Shown: in pieces, positions 18,969 to 24,193 of the stretch
Layout: the number at the start of each line of letters is the position of its first letter
Numbering within the stretch: position 1 is the stretch's first letter
Virus record (IMG/VR): IMGVR_UViG_3300020043_000861
Span: 1-24,215 of that record
Direction: 5' to 3' (one strand)
From: a virus
Lineage: Duplodnaviria; Caudoviricetes
Length of the DNA stretch: 24,215 bases
The notes under the pieces: model-generated
Seen by the model: the letters and a program-made list of their open reading frames with translations, nothing else
Databases searched by the model: none
What the model was told of the DNA's origin: nothing
Translations under genes and position numbers: made by a program

Positions 18969-19109
18969 TTAAATAAGCCAAATGTCAATGCCAGTAGCTT
19001 TGGGGTACTGAGACAGGATTTGTTTTTCAAGTTCATAACGCCCAACAGCCCAAATTTCTTGAGAGTGTTGTTTGTAATTGCAGAAAAAATTGATGCCATA
19101 AAGTTTCAT
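18969..19109 (-). CDS. 46-aa first gene of the leftward early operon (not in the ORF track)
   Basis: Translates as MKLYGINFFCNYKQHSQEIWAVGRYELEKQILSQYPKATGIDIWLI*. Strong AGGAG SD; its stop abuts the SD of the next gene. Confidence 0.62.
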   Translation of the reverse strand: MKLYGINFFCNYKQHSQEIWAVGRYELEKQILSQYPKATGIDIWLI

Positions 19110-19152
19110 TTGCTCTCCTAAATAGACCCCGAGAAGTTCAGGGCATGGCGCA

Positions 19153-19180
19153 AGTGTACACCAAACTAAACACGCAACAA
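19153..19180 (-). promoter_or_regulatory. Candidate leftward early promoter
   Basis: Minus strand TTGTTG, 16-nt spacer, TACACT (19158-19153), about 45 nt upstream of ATG 19109. Confidence 0.4.
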
Positions 19181-19189
19181 TGTTTTTTT

Positions 19190-19207
19190 ATTAGGACTTT
19201 CCCTAAT
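19190..19207. promoter_or_regulatory. Palindromic operator candidate between the divergent promoters
   Basis: ATTAGG-actttc-CCTAAT, a perfect 6-bp inverted repeat. Confidence 0.5.
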
Positions 19208-19240
19208 GTTGTATTTATGCAAATGCTTAAATGTTTATTT

Positions 19241-19249
19241 TGATATACT
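19241..19249 (+). promoter_or_regulatory. Extended -10 promoter driving a leaderless cro-like mRNA
   Basis: TG-a-TATACT, with 6 nt to ATG 19256 and no SD. Confidence 0.55.
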
Positions 19250-19255
19250 TCAAAA

Positions 19256-19408
19256 ATGGATAAACAAAAGGCTATCACCCTTGCTGGCTCACAGAGTGAG
19301 CTTGCTCGCATCTTGGGCATCACCAGGGCAGCAGTACACAATTGGAAAACAATTCCAACTGGTAGGCTTTATCAATTGATGATCCTCAAGCCAGAGTGGT
19401 TTAAATGA
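19256..19408 (+). CDS. Cro-like HTH regulator (50 aa; not in the ORF track)
   Basis: MDKQKAITLAGSQSELARILGITRAAVHNWKTIPTGRLYQLMILKPEWFK*, a classic Cro/YdaS-type HTH pattern at the divergence point. Confidence 0.85.
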   Translation: MDKQKAITLAGSQSELARILGITRAAVHNWKTIPTGRLYQLMILKPEWFK

Positions 19409-19528
19409 TTTTTTTATTTTTCTTCATTTTTGCGTTCATCTTGTTGGTAGGTGAGGCCAGCTTTTATTGGTGGTTGTTGCTTTTTTTCTGGCTTTTTTAC
19501 GCAATCTCCACAAAAAACTAAAAATATG

Positions 19529-19534
19529 TATAAT
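19529..19534 (+). promoter_or_regulatory. Consensus -10 box upstream of the structured leader
   Basis: Perfect TATAAT 6 nt before the first hairpin at 19541; no good -35 seen. Confidence 0.45.
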
Positions 19535-19540
19535 TCAAAT

Positions 19541-19700
19541 CGTCTGAGTGGCATCAGACGAGCGAAACCAATTGCGAACCCCATAGATTTCTGTGCGGTC
19601 TTGCCTGACAACAGGCGAACTTTTGATTGGTTTCAATCGTTTGTTGTTGCTCTCGCCAAGAGCCAAGACCGCAGAGTGATTTATGGGGTTTTTTGCTTTT
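19541..19700 (+). ncRNA. Multi-branched structured RNA ending in a U-tract (C4/CI-like antisense or attenuator candidate)
   Basis: Hairpin CGTCTGA/TCAGACG; outer stems 19577-19588/19679-19690 and 19594-19603/19664-19673; three inner hairpins; poly-T at 19689-19701. Confidence 0.6.
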
Positions 19701-19890
19701 TGGCTGACCGTCAGGGCGCGTTAGCAAATGGTCTGCATGGACTGAACCCAAGAAACACCGACAACAGGACACACCCCCTGACTTGCCGACCAGCGTTGGT
19801 TAAGCGACTGGTAAAGGATTGGGTACAACGGTGGAACAAGGCCCAATCTATAAGCGAATTGACCCGTCAAGCGCACTTGGTCGCTTTTGT
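19701..19890 (+). ncRNA. Second structured RNA domain with potential pseudoknots
   Basis: GTCAGGG/CCCTGAC, ACCAG/CTGGT and GATTGGGT/GCCCAATC stems, plus crossing pairings CACCG/CGGTG and CCAAG/CTTGG. Confidence 0.5.
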
Positions 19891-19968
19891 TTTTAGTTAG
19901 CTAAATTAAGATGAATTATGGAAAACAGATCGATGGAGAAAGGTGGTATATCCACCCTTGGAGAACCT

Positions 19969-20340
19969 ATGCCTGAATTATTTGAATCAGGGTTTGAAAG
20001 ATTCTGGAAAGCATGGCCCTCATCAACAAGAAAGGGTGCGAAGTCAGAATGTAAAAAGAAATGGGAAAAGCATTACTGCGAAACCCAAACCGACCAGATC
20101 ATCAAACACATTGAATGGTTAAAGACCACAGAGCAATGGCTTAAAGGCAATGGTGCTTTTATTCCCGCCCCGTTGGTCTATCTCAACCAACAACGATGGG
20201 ATGGCGCAGAAGTGCCTGAGATGAAGCCCAAACCCACAATAGACCCCGCCTTGGCAAAGATCGAAGCTGACCGCAAAAAGGCTTCACCCATGCCTGAATA
20301 CATAAGGCTAAAAATCGCACAAATGAAAGGTAGGTTATGA
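19969..20340 (+). CDS. Replication-initiator C-terminal-domain-like protein (no N-terminal HTH)
   Basis: FERFWKAWP...RKGAK..C.KKW...FIP.P..YLNQ.RW matches the C-terminal domain pattern of phage replisome organisers. GGAG SD before ATG 19969; alternative starts at 19918 and 19933. Confidence 0.72.
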   Translation: MPELFESGFERFWKAWPSSTRKGAKSECKKKWEKHYCETQTDQIIKHIEWLKTTEQWLKGNGAFIPAPLVYLNQQRWDGAEVPEMKPKPTIDPALAKIEADRKKASPMPEYIRLKIAQMKGRL

Positions 20341-21323
20341 ATGAGTTGGCTCTTTTCGCAGGCGCTGGTGGAGGAATACTTGGTGGACACCTCCTTGGTT
20401 GGAGAACAGTCTGTGCAGTCGAATGGGAGCAATACCCAGCAAGCGTACTGTGCGCCCGACAAAATGACGGGCTTCTCCCGCCTTTCCCGATTTGGGATGA
20501 TGTACAAACCTTTGACGGAAAACCTTGGAGACAAATTGTTGATGTTGTATCTGGAGGATTTCCTTGCCAAGATATCTCTGCCGCAGGAAAAGGTGTCGGA
20601 ATCGATGGAGAGCGAAGCGGGATGTGGGGAGAAATGGCGAGGATCATTCACGAAGTACGACCCAAGTTCGTATTCGTGGAAAACTCACCAATGCTCACTT
20701 CTAGGGGACTTGGACGAGTTCTTGGAGATTTGGCCTCAATGGGGTTTGATGCGAGATGGGGAGTGTTGGGAGCAGCGGACGTTGGAGCAAACCATCAGAG
20801 GGACAGAATCTGGATTGTCGCCAAATGGCATGGACAGTTTTCACACGCCCAACACAACAGGATTAGACGGTGGGAGCAACAGCAGAAAAGCCTTAAAAAA
20901 ACGTATGGAAAAATGGCCAACACCAGCGACCAAGGGTTATGGTCATGCGGCAGAGGGGATGGTGGGCAATCTGATCGAGAAAATAGAACAAGGTGTGATA
21001 ACCAAATTGGAAGCCGAGCAGATGTTGAGTTTGCCCAAATTGGAAAACCACAGGACTTGGAAAAAGAAATTTCCGACACCGCAAGCCTCAGACAACAGGG
21101 ACAGGGGCAACATGAGCAACTCAGTAGTTCAAAGACGAGTAGCGATAGGCAAGCAAATTTTATTAAGCCAATCGGTTCATCCGACTTCTGGACAACTGAA
21201 CCCAACGTGGGTCGAGTGGTTGATGGGTTGGCCTCTCGAATGGACAGACTTAAAGCCATTGGTAATGGACAAGTCCCTCTCTGTGCAGCAACAGCCTGGA
21301 GAATCCTAAGTGAATCACTATGA
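20337..21323 (+). CDS. DNA (cytosine-5)-methyltransferase, catalytic (alpha-like) chain
   Basis: Motif I LFAGAGG, motif IV GGFPCQD (20553), motif VI ENS (20679), motif VIII HQRDRIW (20793), motif X RLKAIGNG (21246). No clear motif IX in this frame. Confidence 0.9.
   Translation: MNELALFAGAGGGILGGHLLGWRTVCAVEWEQYPASVLCARQNDGLLPPFPIWDDVQTFDGKPWRQIVDVVSGGFPCQDISAAGKGVGIDGERSGMWGEMARIIHEVRPKFVFVENSPMLTSRGLGRVLGDLASMGFDARWGVLGAADVGANHQRDRIWIVAKWHGQFSHAQHNRIRRWEQQQKSLKKTYGKMANTSDQGLWSCGRGDGGQSDRENRTRCDNQIGSRADVEFAQIGKPQDLEKEISDTASLRQQGQGQHEQLSSSKTSSDRQANFIKPIGSSDFWTTEPNVGRVVDGLASRMDRLKAIGNGQVPLCAATAWRILSESL
20341..21309 (+). CDS. Nested +1-frame ORF, putative methyltransferase second (beta-like) chain
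   Basis: 322 codons without a stop, wholly inside the MTase gene. Contains FHTP/WPTP/FPTP repeats and LNPTWVEWLMGWP.EWTD, a motif IX-like block of phage C5-MTases. Confidence 0.72.
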   Translation: MSWLFSQALVEEYLVDTSLVGEQSVQSNGSNTQQAYCAPDKMTGFSRLSRFGMMYKPLTENLGDKLLMLYLEDFLAKISLPQEKVSESMESEAGCGEKWRGSFTKYDPSSYSWKTHQCSLLGDLDEFLEIWPQWGLMRDGECWEQRTLEQTIRGTESGLSPNGMDSFHTPNTTGLDGGSNSRKALKKRMEKWPTPATKGYGHAAEGMVGNLIEKIEQGVITKLEAEQMLSLPKLENHRTWKKKFPTPQASDNRDRGNMSNSVVQRRVAIGKQILLSQSVHPTSGQLNPTWVEWLMGWPLEWTDLKPLVMDKSLSVQQQPGES

Positions 21324-21546
21324 AGCAAACAGAATCCTTGATCGGGTCAGAGAAGGCCAACAATTTAGCGAGTTTGTCATCACAAGAGCGCTTGAACTTA
21401 CAGGAGACTATGAGGAACACAGAAGCCCAAGAATGGATCAGGCGTTATCGCAAGAAAGCCTTGGAGGAAGGAAGGGGAGAAGCCCAATACTGGTGGCAAC
21501 AAACCCTGTTGGACATTGCCAAGAGGCGAGACCAAGCGGCTGCTGA
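21310..21546 (+). CDS. Hypothetical protein (N-terminal ~33 aa looks folded; the tail overlaps the next gene)
   Basis: GTG start directly after the TAA of the nested ORF, with GGAG at 21298-21301. Amphipathic ANRILDRVREG...ITRALELTGD. Confidence 0.5.
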   Translation: MNHYEANRILDRVREGQQFSEFVITRALELTGDYEEHRSPRMDQALSQESLGGRKGRSPILVATNPVGHCQEARPSGC

Positions 21547-21589
21547 CGATCTAAAAAAACGCATGAACGAACAGAAAGACAAAAAATGA
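21410..21589 (+). CDS. Hypothetical helical protein
   Basis: AGGAG SD before ATG 21410 (alternative ATGA-coupled start at 21320); stop coupled to rusA. Confidence 0.6.
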   Translation: MRNTEAQEWIRRYRKKALEEGRGEAQYWWQQTLLDIAKRRDQAAADDLKKRMNEQKDKK

Positions 21590-22005
21590 TTCAAATCATG
21601 TTCACGATTTATGGCGAGCCTGTACCAAAGGGCAGACCAAGATTTTCCACAAGGGGGAAGTTCCCTGTTGCTTACACCCCAGAAAAGACAAAGAACTATG
21701 AATCCGATGTCGGGATGATGGCAAAGGCTGCAATGGGTGCGTCAGAACCGCTAGAAGGGGCATTGGAAGCGTTTATTTATGTCACCTTTCCTGTTCCCGC
21801 CTCATACTCAAAAAAACGCACTGAGGCTTGTTTAATCGGTCAAGAAAAACACATTAAAAAGCCCGACTTGGACAATGTAATCAAGTCAGTGATCGATGGC
21901 ATGGACAAGATCGTGTTTGAGAACGACTCCCAAATCACATCCATCCACAGCACCAAGGTTTATGGCGAAGTGGCAAAGGTTGAAGTTGTAGTGAGGCAAG
22001 CATGA
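21586..22005 (+). CDS. rusA: RusA-family Holliday junction resolvase
   Basis: GEPVPKGRPRF, YTP.KT..YE, KPDLDNVIKSVIDG and ENDSQI catalytic Asp motifs. Confidence 0.9.
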   Translation: MIQIMFTIYGEPVPKGRPRFSTRGKFPVAYTPEKTKNYESDVGMMAKAAMGASEPLEGALEAFIYVTFPVPASYSKKRTEACLIGQEKHIKKPDLDNVIKSVIDGMDKIVFENDSQITSIHSTKVYGEVAKVEVVVRQA

Positions 22006-22403
22006 TTGTTTCTCTCCACAACCCCCAACAAGCCCACACAGTGCTGAAAGACCTATGGCCCAAGATTAAGGAAACCTTACAGGCGGGTAAACAACTGCGC
22101 TTAGAGGTCAAAAAAGCCACCCGCAGCACAGATCAGAACGATATGTTTCACGCCCTGATTGATATGGTTGCCAAGCAAATGAAGGGCGCTGGCAGTGCCT
22201 GGTCATCAGACGATTGGAAAAGGCTCTTAATCGACCAATGGGCGCATGAAACAGGGCGCAAGGTGGGCAAGGTCGCCCCAAGCCTAGACGGGGAACGAGT
22301 TGTTCAATTAGGGCTACAAAGCCACAAATTTACAAAAGAAGAAGGTTCAGAGTTCATTGAATGGCTCTTGGCATGGATGGCAGACAAAGGAATTGAGACA
22401 TGA
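22002..22403 (+). CDS. ninB: NinB/Orf-family recombination protein
   Basis: RSTDQN..FHA....VAKQ, W....WK.L, P.LDG..V.LG..S.KFT..E.SEFIE.L.AW. Confidence 0.82.
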   Translation: MIVSLHNPQQAHTVLKDLWPKIKETLQAGKQLRLEVKKATRSTDQNDMFHALIDMVAKQMKGAGSAWSSDDWKRLLIDQWAHETGRKVGKVAPSLDGERVVQLGLQSHKFTKEEGSEFIEWLLAWMADKGIET

Positions 22404-23032
22404 GTTACATAATTGCATCGTTGCCACCCATGAAATGTTTTGTAAAACGTGAGTTTTTATACAACGATCAAAAAGGTCATGGCGAATTAGAGCCAGCGAT
22501 TTGGGTCAGCTTGAAAGCCTTGCGTGGTCAAGTTTTCCGCATTGAATCATTGTTACCCGCTTATGGCGCTTTGTATGACAAACTGCCAATCCATGCTTAT
22601 GTGTGGCACACAGAGGCGGGTAACTTGCCAATTGACACTCTCCAATTGTGGGATTGCATGGGTTATAGATTCACAATTGTAGAAAAAATTGGCTTGCGTA
22701 ACTTAGGCGTTAAATTTTTGGGAAAAGACAAAGAATGGCATTTTGGTCGCTATTTGTTCACAGTTGACTTTTGCGCTGACGGGATGGATGTTGATACAGG
22801 CTTTACAGAACAAGCTGAAGAACACAAGAGTTTTAACTTTATTGCGTTAGACAACGGGCAATTTGCTTGTCAACCCAACAATCGATGCCTGTGGTACGAC
22901 CAGAGCCTTATTCCCACTGAAACAAAATTTCCCGATTTTCAGGCTGCAAAAAGATTGTGGACAGTGGATGGCACTCGCAAATGGTCAGCGGGTGACGATT
23001 GGTTTTATGACATAAAGGAAAAAAACTCATGA
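22400..23032 (+). CDS. Conserved phage protein of unknown function
   Basis: Coupled 210-aa ORF rich in aromatic and conserved-looking motifs (GHGE, GALYDKLPIHA, LQLWDC, YLFTVD, EHKS, NGQFACQPNNR). Confidence 0.8.
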   Translation: MSYIIASLPPMKCFVKREFLYNDQKGHGELEPAIWVSLKALRGQVFRIESLLPAYGALYDKLPIHAYVWHTEAGNLPIDTLQLWDCMGYRFTIVEKIGLRNLGVKFLGKDKEWHFGRYLFTVDFCADGMDVDTGFTEQAEEHKSFNFIALDNGQFACQPNNRCLWYDQSLIPTETKFPDFQAAKRLWTVDGTRKWSAGDDWFYDIKEKNS

Positions 23033-23259
23033 TGTGTCCCCGCTGTGGCTCTGAAACCCTCAAAGTTTTGGACACCCGATCCACCCCCGAATTCGTCAAC
23101 CGAAAACGTCAGTGCGAAAACAACCACAAGTTTTATACAAAAGAATATGCAATACCCGAAACACAAGTATGTGAGAAGCCAGAAACTCCTAAAGTTAGTG
23201 GCGGGTCTCTCTTGTCAAAGCTGTGGCATGGACAATGGCGTTCAGGCGGCTCACAGTAA
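23029..23259 (+). CDS. Zinc-ribbon protein resembling the NrdR N-terminal domain
   Basis: CPRC.....KVLDTR.....NRKRQC.N.H.F.T.E; no ATP-cone domain. Confidence 0.7.
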   Translation: MMCPRCGSETLKVLDTRSTPEFVNRKRQCENNHKFYTKEYAIPETQVCEKPETPKVSGGSLLSKLWHGQWRSGGSQ

Positions 23260-23479
23260 TTGGGGCGGTGGCAAGGGTCGTGGCATCAAGGCAGATGACA
23301 ATTTGGTCGCTGCTTTGTGCTTGGCTTGCCACTACGAGATCGACCAAGGCAAAGACTTAAGCAAGGAAGAACGACAAAAGAAGTGGGCAGAGGCTCACAT
23401 TGGCACAGTTTTGTTGCTTTGCAAACAAGGGAAATGGCCTGTAGAAGTTCCACTCCCTTTTGTGGCAGAATTTGAATAG
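23147..23479 (+). CDS. Nin-region Zn-binding HNH-like nuclease (DUF968/DUF1364-like)
   Basis: YVRS.KLL..V..L.CQSCG...QAAHSN...KG.GIKADD...A.LC..CH..ID. ATG at 23147 preferred over the track start at 23045. Confidence 0.75.
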   Translation: MQYPKHKYVRSQKLLKLVAGLSCQSCGMDNGVQAAHSNWGGGKGRGIKADDNLVAALCLACHYEIDQGKDLSKEERQKKWAEAHIGTVLLLCKQGKWPVEVPLPFVAEFE

Positions 23480-23498
23480 GCTATGCAGTTGCCTTTTT

Positions 23499-23523
23499 GG
23501 GGGTTGATTCCCCCGCTTTTTTT
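23499..23523 (+). terminator. Intrinsic terminator candidate
   Basis: GGGGG-ttgatt-CCCCC followed by gc and a run of seven T, just after the stop at 23479. Confidence 0.5.
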
Positions 23524-23531
23524 GGTATAGT
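23504..23531 (+). promoter_or_regulatory. Promoter for a leaderless transcript of the ferritin-like gene
   Basis: TTGATT, 16-nt spacer, TG-g-TATAGT, with 6 nt to ATG 23538 and no SD. Confidence 0.5.
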
Positions 23532-23537
23532 GCAAAT

Positions 23538-23906
23538 ATGGAAAAAAATGCCGAAGTTGCTGAGTTCGTGGCTACTCTGTTTCACAGTGGCACGATTACC
23601 CATTTTCAGCATTTGCAGACACGGGAATATGCTATTCACAAAGCATTGGGCAAGTTCTACCCCAAGATTGTTGACTTGGCAGACCAGTTAGCTGAGAGTT
23701 ATCAAGGGCGCTACAACACCCGAATGACTAAATTCCCTGATGAACTGCATCAGCCACAGGAAACACCTGAAGCCTACTTGGCTCAACTAAAACAGTTTGT
23801 CGAGGAAGCCCGTGAAGAAATCCCGCAAGACTCAGAACTGCAAAACATCGTTGATGAAATTGCCGATCTGATTAATTCCACTCTGTACTTACTCACCCTT
23901 AAATAA
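23538..23906 (+). CDS. Ferritin/Dps-like four-helix protein (DUF5856-like)
   Basis: H.QHLQT..YA.HKAL..FY.......D.LAE.YQG.Y and LQNIVDEI..LI..TLY.L. Confidence 0.78.
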   Translation: MEKNAEVAEFVATLFHSGTITHFQHLQTREYAIHKALGKFYPKIVDLADQLAESYQGRYNTRMTKFPDELHQPQETPEAYLAQLKQFVEEAREEIPQDSELQNIVDEIADLINSTLYLLTLK

Positions 23907-23915
23907 GGAATCATC

Positions 23916-24128
23916 ATGGCAAACATGGACAAAAACGAACCCAAAGGCTACGGCTACGGCAACAGCGCAAAGATGGCTGGCAACCCTGCCCCCGAAATGA
24001 AGTCCAACGGCAGCGTGAAAAACCGCATCCCCGATGCCATGACCAACAAGGTCGGCAAAGATTCTAAGTTTGAAGGTGGCAAATCTTCTGGCGTTTGCTA
24101 CACTCACGACCGCAAGTCTTATCAGTAA
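23916..24128 (+). CDS. Small low-complexity hypothetical protein
   Basis: AAGGA SD before ATG 23916; G/K/N/S-rich. Confidence 0.65.
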   Translation: MANMDKNEPKGYGYGNSAKMAGNPAPEMKSNGSVKNRIPDAMTNKVGKDSKFEGGKSSGVCYTHDRKSYQ

Positions 24129-24131
24129 AGC

Positions 24132-24167
24132 GAAACGCCCCGCAGACGGAGAATCTGGGGGCGCTTC
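24132..24167. other. GC-rich intergenic hairpin
   Basis: CGCCCC(g)CAGA-cggagaa-TCTG-GGGGCG; no U-tract on the + strand. Confidence 0.45.
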
Positions 24168-24193
24168 TAACCAAGCAATAAAAGAGGTATTGA

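Noticed and set aside
19138-19341. 67-aa minus-strand ORF as a possible CI repressor
   Set aside because: It is the antisense shadow of the Cro-like gene and promoter region, with no HTH or peptidase S24 motif.
19577-19690. Cloverleaf as a tRNA
   Set aside because: No T-loop TTCRA, D-loop or 7-nt anticodon-arm geometry, and the closing stem is far too long.
19451-19900. 149-aa + strand ORF across the structured leader
   Set aside because: GTG start with an implausible N-terminus, it spans the candidate promoter, and it is not in frame with the replication gene. The sequence is better explained by RNA pairing. Not fully excluded, since ORFs overlap C4/CI RNAs in P1 and P4.
20337-21323. Methyltransferase as a frameshifted pseudogene or sequencing error
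   Set aside because: Both frames are open end to end with coupled starts and stops. A single-chain reading would need two compensating shifts around motif IX.
20178-21328. Minus-strand ORFs over the replication and methyltransferase genes
   Set aside because: No motifs or SD, and antisense to well-supported genes.
23029-23259. Calling the Zn-ribbon gene nrdR
   Set aside because: It lacks the ATP-cone domain; only the ribbon is similar.
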